NCBI GenBank assembly: GCA_003971905.1
Contig: RSEE01000108.1
Location: forward strand, 1 to 64,000
Direction: 5' to 3'
DNA length: 64,000 nucleotides
From: Moniliella sp. 'wahieum'
Taxonomy: Eukaryota
The translations under genes were made by a program, and so were the position numbers. This document shows positions 12,983-27,884 of this stretch, one piece after another. Position 1 is the first letter of the stretch; the number at the start of each line of letters is the position of its first letter. The notes beneath the pieces are model-generated. The model made no database searches. It was not told where the DNA came from and saw nothing but the letters and a program-made list of their open reading frames with translations.

Positions 12983-15900
12983 GTACCGGTTGATTTGTTG
13001 ATCATTTTTAATTGGTTTTTCTTGTGGGCAAACCATTGGAAATGGTTTGTTAGGGAAAGAATGATTTCAATGGCATATCGTCAAGCATACAATTATGAAC
13101 ATACTAGGCTTGCAGCAGCTCCACGCGGGGCCAATTCTTCCTGTGAATAGCTCCCAATGGTGTTAGGAGCTATGCAATGAATGTTATAAGTTTATCACCG
13201 CTATCCCCAGTTAGCTCCAAGATATAACCATGGCCTTCGGCCTGCGTCTGTTCTGGTTCGATGAGATGATCCCAATAATGCAATGATGTACAATAACACC
13301 AGTACCTTCATCGTTCACTCACCTGTATTGGATTTGACTGAAGAAAATAACAAAAGGAACCTGCGGAAGTCTCAACACCGGAAACGCATTCTAATTTTCT
13401 TTGGAGCACTTCACGTATTGGACAGGATCGATTCCCTTTTTCACTAGCTCCAGAGCAGATTTGTTCTTGAGTCGTTCAAATGCACACACGTTTCAGACCC
13501 CCACTTTACTTTATGTCAAGCACCTATTGACCAAGGCGTGTCCGACTTTCGACTCCGTTTAATCTAGCCAGCGTTCACCTCACCCTGATACAACCATACA
13601 TTATGGTATGTTCTGAGCATCTCGTTCAGAAAATAATGATCAATCTGGTGGTTGGAACATGCCACTACTCTACAATTCCCTTCCTGTAATCCAATCATCA
13701 TTGTATTGCAACTTCGCTATGGCAGTAGTCCATTGGGCGTGGTTGGGCCTTAACAGGCCCATACAACATATATCACCTCTGTAAAAGCTGGTTGTTTACT
13801 CCAGTTATTATTATCCGAATGCAAGCCAGCCAGCATGTGTCCCCACAGTTCAGGACACCGCCTGCAATAACTTCGTCGCGCTGAGGCTAGGGGGGGAAGA
13901 CATTCGGCCAAAACATTGAAGAGTCTGCAGTTGAACCACTTCGAGCCACACCCTAAGGATGTTTTCATTTCAGTCGATATGGCTTGCCATATATACGGGT
14001 TACCCATGAATAGTGCCGTGCATTATGTGAAGTCAACAGCTGGGTTTACATCAAACTCATAGCATTATTGCGGTGTGGAAAATTGGAAAGGCGGAAAAAC
14101 TTGAAAGCACGCGGCATAGTAAGGCCACATAGTTGGAAATGAAAGAAGCCCTTGAAGCACGATGGCTCGGACCTTAATTGGCACGCGCAAGTCGGATTCT
14201 AGTATCGCCTGTAGTGAGTTGTTATCGGATCTCCATCTTGGCTGCGGAAATGACATCGAATCTACTCGGTTTTTTTTATAACAATGCATTAGGGAGGTGT
14301 ATACTAAGGAGAGATGCGTTATTCATTTGATCGCATTTTTTTCTGTTATCGGTGCAGTACTCTTACAATGAAAGGCACAAGCAGCACAGTCCCGTCAGCC
14401 GTGCACAATATGCTGCGGCCATCAGTGCCGCTAGCATGTCGGAGGCCGACATTTTGAGACCAATTCACGTTAGTTGTCCCCGCAAGCTCCTGTGACGTCG
14501 TCGCCACAACTTCTTCTCCAATGCAACAGCCTGCATGGTATTCGAGACACGTGTCTTCTCTTGGAACTGAGTCTCCAAGTCAATTAATTCTCGTCCACGT
14601 AAAACATCTTGCTTGTCCTCTGGGTGGCATCATATGATCTGGCGCCATCATGACCGAAAAAAGAAACTCTTTAGTGCCTCTATCCTGGTCTTTGTCATGT
14701 TCGTTTCATATTCCGCTTCATCCTACAGTCAGAGTAACGCCTTTCTCTCCGCCATCCGCGGCTTCGATTGCCTCCTGTGCGACTTTCTGGTTTGCAGCCT
14801 TCGCCTCCTGATTTTGTGCCCAAATCCACATCACCCTTCCTGATTCGCCCACGTCAGAGCCAGTTACTCGGGACTCCGTGTCTTCTCCACGTCCCGGGTC
14901 GTTCTCCTTCCTCGACGGAGGAACGGCACAGGTATAAAAAGATTAGCGAGCCCGGTCCTGGATTCAAGGTGCACCATAGAGTAGGAGTGGTCGCAAGGTT
15001 CGACTCACGGTATGTTCGTTCCTACCGGATTGCTGCCGGACCTAAAGCAGGGCTGCGGACAAGGGAATGCCACTCCGGGGTATAGAAGAGGTGGATTTTA
15101 TGGGGGAGGCTGAGTACTAGACCCCGGCATGATTAGTAGTACAGTCTGAAGTCGTTCATACTGGGAGACGGGCCAAGAAGAGACAACATGAGGGGACAAC
15201 CACTTCCCTAACGTGTATTGAAGCGGATTGAAACTGAGACTAACACCTGAGTCTGAACGTTCCACATTGGTTTCGGGAAAGTCGAAACACTAAATGACCA
15301 GCAACGTGTAAATCTGAGATGGGGAAAGCTGATAGGGGAAAAGTTGGGGAGCAGAGGAGGAGTAAGGTACTGGAGACGCCAATGAATTGACGTTATTAGA
15401 AGGTTAATAAGAAGCCAATCGAGTGTGTGGGAAAACAGTGAACTATTGTTTATTGTAAGTAGAGACTAAAGGGGAAACGACGCAGCAGAGGGAGAACATG
15501 GAGATGGGTAAGGGATTGGGGACAGTCGCCATACGGAAGAGACTGCTTCCAGGTGGTGAAGAACCACAAAAAACAAGCCAACTCGCAACGCTCCCTCCCC
15601 ATACCCGGAATACACACATGGGTTATATAAGAACAGAAGCTATAAACAGGAGAGAGACGGCTGTGGCCGCCAAGCGGTTACGTAGGTCAATGGCTGCTAA
15701 GACTGCCGAACATGGTTCGCCGGCTTTACTTCGACCTTGGCTGTGAGCTTTTGGGAGGACCCGAGAGCTCTGATAAGACTGCAGTGGATAAAACATCTCG
15801 GGCCATATATTTTAGATCGGATCGGATACAACGCCCCCATCATGCCTCACTACCCGACGTCATCATCTCTGCTCCATGGGAGAGAAGGCATCGCCATGGT

Positions 15901-16672
15901 TTCCACTGCCGCACACATGAAAATGAGGAACCTCTACTGTCAGTGGAGGTATAGGCCACAGTCCTCTTGCGCGTCTGGGGAAAGAGCTTGTCGGGGTGAG
16001 AGAGACGAAAAGAGCGGGTAGGCTCATCCGCCGGGTTTGCTAGCCTCTCTTCGCCCGTAGCCAGCCCAACTCAGCAAGGAGTTGGGGGCGCCAAAGTCAG
16101 AAAAAAACCATCACATGCATCACACACATGCTGCCACTTCAGTCTCGCGGTCAGAGAGGCGGTGCAAGGTCAAACCTTGGTCCTAAGTGGCCATAGAGTT
16201 CCGCATCCTGTTTCCTCACGACACCGCAAAGCCGATCCCAATCTCACCCCGAAAATGCCGATCACCATACAAGGAAATGATGATGTTTTTATCTCTAAAT
16301 GTAGTCTGATGGGGGGGGGCTCTGCTATATATCTGGGTTCGCGCTGGTGAGAGTGTGGTGTCTGGCATGGCACTTAGTATAAGGGTGTGGCCATACTACT
16401 TGCCCTGGGTTTCCGAACACCTGAACGAATAAAGGCTGAAGAAGTTAGCCCCTCCATCATTCTTCAACTTTTCTATAGCTACTTGTGGTCGTCGCGCAAA
16501 GGGAGAACTGCAATTCAAACAAAAGCACGACACGTCTCCCAGATGAAGCTGCCAAGTTCTCGACTCCAACACTCAGATGCGGTTCCCTTTGTCTAGTCGC
16601 CGGAGATCTGGCTTCCTTTCTGATTCTGTTCAGCAAGCTCTGATATCTACCTGGGCAGGCCACATGTGACCG

Positions 16673-18597
16673 TCACAGCACATCAATGATACTACAAGGA
16701 CCAAACAAAAAAGCAGATACTTTTCCTCCCTTCCCCTCCCCTGATTTTCCACAACAAAAAGAGGGAAAGGTCACAACGCAGCCCATCCGCCTTCTTTTGG
16801 TGAGGCGAATGGTACGTCCATATCCCCCTCGTTGGTTTGGTCTCATCCACGACCACCCCGCCATTGACCAAGACGAAGCGGATGCCTCGTGCACAACGGC
16901 GGGGATGCGCAAACGTCGAGGCGTCCCCCACCTCTTCTGGGTCCAGCAATACCAAATCGGCTCTCATTCCTTCTTTGATCCAGCCGCGATCCTTGAGGCC
17001 CAAGACAGTTGCAGGGCGGCTGGTGAGGTGGGCCACGGCCTCTTCCAGCCCACCGGGAAAGACGGTGGTGGGTTCGACCTGAACAAAGGATTCACTCTGC
17101 AGCGAAGGGGTGGGTTCCGTTCCGTCCGTGCCCAATGGCGGGGGGTGTGAGAGTGGCGTGGGGATCGGCAAGGTAAATGTCTCTGGACTTGCCCTGGGGG
17201 AGGTCGCGCGCATAATGGCCTAGGTAACGAGGGAACGTGCCCCAAGCCCTGGGGTGGGGTTTGGCACCGACGAGGATCCCGTCGCTGCCTCCACAGTGGA
17301 AGGGGTCCTGCATGATCGCACGGACATTCTCTTCGTGCCCGACGTGTTGGAGGATGGTAGTGCCCAGGGAATCTTCGATGAGGATGCGGCGAAAAACGTC
17401 AAAGGGGGTTGGCTTGCCCTTGGGCACAGGGGCAGGCCACGCTTCTCCCGCAAACAGGGTCATCGCTCCGGCTTTCGCGACGAGCTCCTGAATCTCAGCG
17501 ACCGTTTTTCCTACCAAGCCGTTCAATTTGGGGGGTGGTGACGCCACTAATCTCGATCGTATCCCACTCGAGGGTACAACCGTGGCATCCGTCAGTCCCT
17601 ACGACCTCAACATCATGTTGGAGCCGGGGGACTTGGGCCGGGTCTTGGAGACAATGGAGAATGTCCCCCCGCAGCTGCCCAGCTGGGGAGGAGGGCGGCC
17701 AAGGTGGTGCTTCCTGGCAGGTAGGGATACGTGTCGAGGGTAATGGCGACGCCTTGGTCGCGAGCGGTGTGAAGCATAGTGAGAAACTCCTGTGCCTTTC
17801 CCTTGTTTCAGCAAAGTTGAGGGTGGCATGGGTAAGGTGGAGGCGGACGCCGGTCGCCTTGGCCAAATCGACCATCTCCTGGTAAGCCTGCATTGCGCCG
17901 CGACCATAGGACCGATGATGGGGGCTGTAGTACCCTCCGTACGATGCCACGACAGCAAGCAGCTGAGCCAACTCGCTATTGGGCGCATACATACCCGGGA
18001 CGTACGTCAAGCCCGAGCTCATTCCGACCGCGCCCTCTTCAAGCGCGGTACGGAGGAGTTGCTTCATCTGCTCCACCTCCTCGTGCTGGGGGCGCGGGTC
18101 GTAACCGAGGACCAGCATGCGGAGGTTGCCCTGGGGCACGAGGTAGGCGACGTTGGTTGCCACCCGTCGTTTCTCGAGCGTGGCAAGGTATTCTCCCGTC
18201 GAGCGCATTCCCAAAAGGCGTCGTCGGAAGGGTTGCCGTCCCACCCTGCAATCTGCATGCGGACCCAGCCGAGGGTGGTGTCGGTGACGGGTGCGTATGA
18301 GATGCCGTCCTGACCGAGCACCTCGTGGTGACGCCCTGGGTGACTTGGCGAGGTGGGCGGGGGTGTGGAGCACATTCAAATCCGAGTGGGCGTGCATGTC
18401 AATGAAGCCAGGGGCGAGCGCAAAGCGGCCGTGGTGGCAGTCGACCACGCGGCCGCTGGCTTCGAGCGCAGGGGTCGCCGCGGGCAATGGCGGCAATGCG
18501 GCGGTCGCGGACGAGGACGGATGCCTGGTACGACTGACGGCCAGACCGTCGAGCAGAGCTGCGTGAGAAAGAGGAGACTGTCGGGGGGCGGGGGCAT
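16673..18597 (-). CDS. N-acyl-D-amino-acid deacylase (D-aminoacylase, amidohydrolase superfamily); frameshifted
   Basis: APGFIDMHAHSD metal motif, GAVGMSSGLTYVPG, GGSDGILVGAKPHPRAWGTFPRYLGHYARD, LEEAVAHLTSRPA..LGLKDRG..KEGMRADLVLLDP, GIRFVLVNG. No intron seen. Confidence 0.9.
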
Positions 18598-19333
18598 GGT
18601 GGTAGCGGGTGGGGAGGATGGTGGGGAGGGGTGGGGGAGAATGGTGGGGAGGATGGTGGGGAGGATGGTTGGAGGATGGCGAGATGGACGGAGCGATAGC
18701 AGAGAACGCGGAGTTATAAGTCAGCGCACAGGCCCAACACACCAGCTCCAGCCGGTGCGGCGCCCAATCGCCCAAATCCCCAATGGTTAATCGCCCAGCG
18801 GCGGTGCAGGGTCCAGCCAGATTCGTCGCTGCGTCGCCGATAAGCGCGTGGGCCCGGCAAAAGCGCCGGAAGCGGGTGACTGGGAATGCTGCATTTACCC
18901 CACCCCCGCGCCCATCGGTGCAACCCCAGCGTGTGACCAGGGGGCGGAATTGTGGCCACGGGTGTTCCGCGAAATTTTTGCTGGGCAGCGTCCAAGGCAG
19001 GCAGGCAGCAGACAGACAGACAGCGGACAGGCGGACCCAAACGGGACGGGTGCGCTGTGCGTCCCCACCACCGCCGACGGAAGCTGCTGTGACTGGGGAT
19101 GGCTGCGCCCTCGCAGGACGATGCGCAGAAGCGCAAACGCAAACGCTCCCACAAGAAAAAGTCGCGTCTTCCTCCGGCTCTCCGAGGCGGAACGCGCTCC
19201 GCCCGTGTCCCAGCCGAGCCGCGTCTGCACTTGAACGCAAGGCGCTGAGCCACCCCCGCGCCTACGCCTACGCCTGCGCCCGCGCACAAGTCGCACCCGC
19301 CGAGTATGGAAACCGTGCCCTGAACCCCAAGCG

Positions 19334-20591
19334 ATGAACCCGAAAGCGCAAACGCCACCGCACCAGAAAACGCAAGCCCACGGGGGCCAGTCTCGACTCG
19401 GCTTCCGCGCCTGTTTGCACCTGCGCGTCTGCTACGATCAAGCCGGTGTCTGCACCCCTTGCGGTACTACCAAAAACCGCGTTCCCCCAGCATTTCTTCC
19501 TCTTCCTCATCATCGTCCTCTTCGTCCTCGTCCTCCGATTCATCCTCACTCTCTCGACTCTGACTCGGACTCGGACTCGGACTCGGACTCGGACTCGACT
19601 CCTCTTCCGACTCTTCAGATTCGGACTCGGACTTCCGCGGACGAGCGGCCGAAGAAGCGTACGCGGCGGGGCAAAAAACGACGGGGGTGGACGCCTCGGT
19701 GGGAACAGCTGCGACGTCTCAAGGATCAGGAGGCGGACCGGCAGGTACGCTCGGAGCAGTACAGCCGAAACCTTGTTGACGGTACCTGATGGTCGGGTGC
19801 GCCTGACCCAAAGTGGGATGAGCGACTGCGGAGGCAAGGCAGCCAAGCGGAAGGGACTGCGTCGGGTGCGGTAGCGTATGCGATTGCGTGGTGTGCAGCG
19901 CAACAGGGAGTAGGCCAATGGAGGTTCAACAAGGGCAAGCAGAATTGGCTGTTACGGCATGTGGTCAATGCTCCGCCGACAGAGGAGGATGTTCCGGCTG
20001 CACCACCGGCTCCACCGGCGCAGGCACCCTCGTCGGTCGAGACGGGGGGAAAGCAGACCGACCCGAAGGCGGCAGACGCGCCGGACTCCGGTCCCGAAGC
20101 GGCCGTAACGTCGGCACCAACATCCGAGCCCAAAGAGACCCAAGAAACCCAAGAGACCCAAGAGGAACAGGCAGCTAGCGAAGCGCCTGAGGCCATCGCT
20201 CCACCTGTTTTGGAACCCGGGTCGTACCTGCCTGAGGACTATGTGCCGTATGTGGCGGCGTACCTGGCTGGTTTGATGGGGCGATCGAGGGAGGCGCTGT
20301 TGACGGAACTGCGGCACTGGCAACATCGGGATCACGATCGATCGGATCGGGCCGGGACCTTCTGCGGTGCCAGCCGTAGCGTCGGGGTCTGCTGAGCCCA
20401 AAGTGAATGCCAAAAAGAGCAAGAAGGCCGCTGCTGTCCCACAGGGGCCGACGCCGCAGGACCTGGCCATTGCTTCGCCAAGCGGAGGCGGGCTCGGGAG
20501 GTGCTGCGCTGGTTCGAGTAAGCGCATCATCAGACTGAATTTGAGTCCATCCATTTGGCTCTGTGGCCGAGTTTTGAGTCCATCCTTTTAG
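19334..20591 (+). CDS. WKF-domain (DUF2373) protein
   Basis: WRFNKGKQNWLLRHV reads at ~19919-19963; YVAAYLAGLMGRSREAL follows; N-terminal DS repeats and a basic segment. End approximate. Confidence 0.75.
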
Positions 20592-21176
20592 CCCTGTGGC
20601 CTGGGCATGGCCATTGACTGGTATAACTAGGCAGAGGCATGAATGTAGTTGGGCTGGGCTGCTGTTGGTCAGGGTAGTTGAAACGCGTTAGATTCTCAAT
20701 GCACACTTCCACCACACAGCGCACTCAACACTGGCCTCGAACAATCCATGTTATGGCTCCATCTGACGATCCAAGCTAGTAGCTGTCCACTCGGGCAAGG
20801 CCACGCACGACCATCCAATTCACCACTCCACGCCTATCCGTCACAGATACGGGCCCAGGGAATATAGAGACGGCGGCTTTGGGAAAGAAGACCAAGCCAA
20901 CCTGGCATCTACGTACGTACACTGAGGTCTATTCAATATTCAAACGGGACAAAGCTGCCGTTTTTCTTTCGTGGAACCAAAAGGGGATGGGGTGACCGGT
21001 GAGGGAGGTGAATAGGTGAGGAAAGGAGGAAGCAGGTCAAGGGAAATGGGAGACGGGAGACGGGAGACGGATGAGGGGAAAAACAAGGAAAAGGGAAAGG
21101 GAAGGGGAACGGGGAAGGGGAAAGGTGAGAGGACACTCGCCCCCGTACTGCTCAAGACCTCGAGAGCTCTCAGATC

Positions 21177-22606
<1,430 letters not shown>

Positions 22607-23303
22607 GGGGGGGCTGGTGAAGGCAGATGGGGGGGGGGGAGGGCGTGGAGCGGGCGGTGGCAGCGCGAGGCGATGGTGGGGGAAAGCACGAGAGAGAAGC
22701 GAGCGGGGATGGCCCTGCCTCCCACGGAAGTGGATACGCTAAGCGAGCCGCAGTCGGCGTCTGGCGCGATGGCTGGGGCAAGCACGAGGGCAGCGGGACG
22801 GGTGGGCGTGCGCAAAGACAGGCGCCAGGCGGGGGATGGCGTCTGGCGCTGTCGAGCACTCAGTACTCAAGTGCAGTCTTCCTCCACCCGTGCGTCGTTA
22901 ACCACCAACCAACGTCCAACACCCATCCCCCACCCAGGGGCTAAGTCCATCTCAACAAGTACAAGCGAAGCGCACACTGCTGATGCAGCATGTCAACGTC
23001 TGCTCAGCCCGAGCCCTCATCGAGCACGTCCACCATCAATCATTAGCGACAACCAACCCCTCCGTGTCCTCAGTACCAAACTACGTTGCTGTCTCTTGCC
23101 CATATAAGCAAACCAAGTCTAATTAACTCTCTCCTCCTCGACTCAAACCCTCGCACCTTCACACCCTCAACCCCTGATCAGTTCACGACAGTGCAGTACT
23201 TCTGTATCTAGGTCCCGGAAAAACAGCAATAAGGGGCGGACGAGTAAGGGCGGGGGGACGGGGGGGATTCCTGGCGAGAAAAAGTGCGAGGGGGGGGGGG
23301 GGA

Positions 23304-24221
<918 letters not shown>

Positions 24222-24890
24222 GGTGAGAGGGGGTAGTACTGACGCAAGCAATCGGCCAGGACGGGGTGGTGCTGATGGTGGCGACGGCCAATCCGCCTCG
24301 CCTCGATCGGGGCGGCGGCGCCACCGCACCGACGAGAGCAACCAGGAGCAACCCTACAGTCGCACGTGGAGGCCCCACAGACCCAGTGCTGGCTGCGGGA
24401 CGCGCGCACCGCACCGCTCTCCCGCCCGGTCACGTGCGGACATCAGTCACTTGCCCCGCGTCCCCGTGTCAGAGCAGTGTCACAGATCTCACAGCGCCAC
24501 CAGACGGGCGCCACCACGACGCAGATCGCAGACGCCCAACTCAGTACTCAGTACACATTCCTCTGTTGGTTTAGTTGGTCGAGTGGCGGAACAAAAGCCA
24601 GCCACATCAAACTGGGTTCGTCAGGTCTGGAGCGCGGGTTGGTGCCCTGGTCAAGTGTATTGCGTCTGCCCATCATCTCAAGTGATACACAGAAGCTGAA
24701 ACTGAAAGCTAATACCATCATCGTCGTCATCCAGCAGATGCGCCAAAAGATGTGGGTGCGTGGGTTGATATAGAAGTAAACAATAGAGTGTGCTTAAACC
24801 CGGCCAACAGCAAGAGAGTAAAGTAAGCTCCTCGCCCTTGAAGCATTTGTTCTGGGTTCAGACCGTTTCTTCGAGAGCTCTCTTCAAGCT

Positions 24891-25513
24891 TCAAGGGGCG
24901 TACGCAACGGCCTCAATTTCAATGAGGCAGTCGCGAGGGACTGCGAGAGAGAAGCACGCGCTTCGGAGTTAGACCACACCATACAACCCCAGCACTCGAT
25001 GCCAAAAAACAAAAGCAAGAGGGACATGCAAGAGCGGGTAAAGGGGAGGGAGGCGAAGGGGAGGGGGGACGTACGTTTACCAGCCTGGACACAAGTCCGA
25101 GCCGGCATGCCGCCCTGGCTGCGGGGGATCAAGTCGACATAGACTTGGTTGACCGCATCAAAGTCGAGATGGATTTGAGGAAAATGTTGACTTTGACCAA
25201 GTGGGCGAGGGACGAGCCGGCGGCAGCCAAAGCGCGAGAGAGGTTGTGAATGCACTGAGCAGTACTGGGCTTGATACCACCCTGGACCAGCTCGCCGTTT
25301 CGGGTACGATGGGGATTTGGCCTGACAGGTACAGCAGCTGGGCCGTGGCGGGCACAGCGACAACGTGGTTGTAAATCGGGGCCGAGGGCAGGTCGGGGCG
25401 TTGATGCGGCTGACGACAGACAGACTGGGAGGGGTGGGGTAAGGTGGGTGGCGATCTGGGCGGTGCGAGTGGGCGGAGGAGACGGCAGTGGGGGGCGCCG
25501 CGGGCGGAAGCAT
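24891..25513 (-). CDS. RidA/YjgF/YER057c/UK114 family protein
   Basis: YNHVV..LLYLSGQIP, DFDAVNQVY, PARTCVQA, then an intron (~24942-25079) and PRDCLIEIEAVAYAP*. Confidence 0.88.
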
Positions 25514-25959
25514 GGGGAAGGCAGCTACGAGATGGAGGTGGTGCGGCGGTCGCCCAAACCGCTTGGTGACGGCCACCGACAGCGGCAAGGGCAACTGGCC
25601 GGTGCACATCACATCACGGTGCATCACCTACCATCACCACCGCCTGTCTCTTCGCCAGCCGCACAGAGGACCACAATATATAGCCAGTGGGAATATGTCC
25701 GATCCTTTCGTCGCCATCGGACTATCGACCATCGGGAATCGGACCATAGTGTGCTGCCTGCCAGTGGCCACACCACGCTCACCCAGGTGAGCGATCGATT
25801 GCCCTTTGTCGACTGTGTTCGCATTACCACCAAAAGGTCATTGGCTATATCGCAACGCAAGAATGGAACGTCGGGTTCCGAGCGTATCACGACGCCCAAG
25901 ACGCCTCACGTCACGCTTCTTAGCTCGCATTTGAGGCGTCCTTGAGGCAGGACGAGCCA

Positions 25960-26853
25960 GCTGCGCCTCCACGAAGCACCTACCACGAACAAGCTTGTGG
26001 CGTCTACCATGCCCGGGGCATGGGGCGTAATCCGTTCGTCGGAGGAAAATGCGTTTGTGCGAGACCAGCTCCAGACCTATGTGGACGATATACGTTGCAT
26101 GTCGACTGTTCGTTCGTCAGCAGTGCTTCGGGCAATAGAATATGACAGACATGTGATGTTCGGAAAAGAGATGTACAGTCTTCCCTTGCTGCTCGACAAG
26201 TTGGAGGAGAACCGCTTCAACTTGGCTTGGCCCTGCGCCGATTCAGTTCAGCCCGCTCCAAAGGGCAGGTACACTGATGGTGGACGATGCGGCTCAGGTG
26301 GACTGCAGATGCGTGCAAAGTCCGTACCGGCCACCAGGAGCTTCCTCACTCTCATATCGGTGAGGATGCTCATGTTCCAGCGGGTCTGACAGAGGAAGAG
26401 ATCATCCTAGGGGGGTAGGACGCCTGGCCTGTTTATCAAGATCGTCAGGGTGGTGCATGTGCGGGTAACGAAGCCAACGGCATCGAGTGGATATAGGCTA
26501 TTGCACTCGATTGGGCACAAGTCAAGTGCCCCACGTGAGCATCTCTGGGTTTTACGCCCCCGCGGGGCAAAGTTATGCGAACACGACGGTAGCCCAAGCC
26601 TAGCCGACACGTTTCTCCAAACCGATGTGGAGAGGTGAGCAAGATGGCAGTTGCGTGCGCTGCACTGTTCGCCCAACCTCCATCTGCAAGTACCGGCACA
26701 ACCATCCCTTTGTCCGTAGTGTCGGCAGCGCGCCGATGGCATGCGGCGATAGCGCGTGCGTGCCCACACAGTTGCACCAAAGACCCAACAGTTGAATGGG
26801 GAAAGATAAACACCTTGGTCAGTCTACGAAATGGTGATCAGAGTACTGCGTGA
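25960..26853 (+). CDS. Hypothetical protein (fragmented ORFs; weak resemblance to Mediator Med20, unverified)
   Basis: Protein-like 130-aa ORF 25997-26389 plus downstream fragments, located between RidA and SmD3. Confidence 0.35.
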
Positions 26854-27107
26854 GCGCGGGTGAGCGACTCTACAGAAGTCAGAGAAAGCGACATGAGCTA
26901 CCGCTGGTAATGCACAGGGTCACGACCCATTTTGTCTGCGTATAATTATGGGGGGTAAGCTATCGCCCCCATTCGGCCTGCTGTACCAACTGCGGTGGAA
27001 GCAATGGCCGACACACTGGTCCCAGTCGAGCTTCTCATCGGCCAGCTGCAACCCAAGACACGTATGTGTCGCAATACGAAGCCCTCGTCCGCCCTCATCT
27101 CACGCGA

Positions 27108-27568
27108 TTACCTGCGAATTCCTTGGCCACGCGGCGCGCCGCGTCCACGACGAGATTGGGCTGATGATAGAGTCAGCAACTGACTCGGGCACGATCGAAG
27201 GGAAGGGGTGGGGTGGGGGGGGGGGGTACAAGAAGAGCACTTACCGCGCAGGATGGTCGCCTTGCCTCGGGCACTACCGATGCCGCGGCCCTTGAGTGCG
27301 TTGGGCCCAACGCGCTTGAACATGGGTGCCTGCTGGAGCATGTCGGGCACGACGACGAAGCGGATCATGGAGCCGCGGACATAGACCGAGTCCATGGGCT
27401 CTGCTTGCCGTCGCGGGCGGTAACGGTGACCTCTTTGAGGGAGACGTTGAGGTTGTCCTCGGCCTCAAAGAGTTTGCCGCGGTACGACGCACCGCCCTTG
27501 ATCTCGACGGTGACGATGTGTCCGAGGGCCTCGTGGAGGAGCTTGACGGGGATGCCGAGGGCAGCCAT
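27108..27568 (-). CDS. SMD3: Small nuclear ribonucleoprotein Sm D3
   Basis: GIPVKLLHEALGHIVTVE..YRGKLFEAEDNLN, VYVRGSMIRFVVVPDMLQQAPMFK, RG-rich tail; intron near 27170-27244. Confidence 0.96.
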
Positions 27569-27767
27569 GGTGCGGCGGGGGTGGGTGGGGGGCGATGGAG
27601 CGAAGGCGGCGGCCGTGGGCTGGGCGCTGGGGGGCGGAAGCAGCGCGGGCGGAATGGGCGGGCGAGGTAACCGGTAACCTGTAATTAAAGCGCTGCGATG
27701 GACGATTATCGATTCGCCATTGTCGACTATCGATTATCGATGGTCGACTGTCGATCCAATGCATCGT

Positions 27768-27782
27768 CGAATCTTCTGGAAG
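27768..27782 (+). promoter_or_regulatory. Perfect heat-shock element nGAAnnTTCnnGAAn
   Basis: cGAAtcTTCtgGAAg about 100 bp upstream of the Hsp110 ATG. Confidence 0.8.
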
Positions 27783-27884
27783 AGCAGAGCAGACACCCGG
27801 CTCGCCTGAGCCGCAGCAGCCAACATGGATCCGTGCCCGCCGGTGTTCTCGTCACCACCACCTTCCTGTGCGCTTCGCGTGATC

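Larger units (their letters stand above)
8700..16600. other. AT-richer island of decayed coding-like sequence (decayed TE or endogenous virus)
   Basis: Visibly lower GC than the flanks, few of the host-type microsatellites, only short ORFs, and protein-like stretches interrupted by stops. Borders approximate. Confidence 0.55.
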
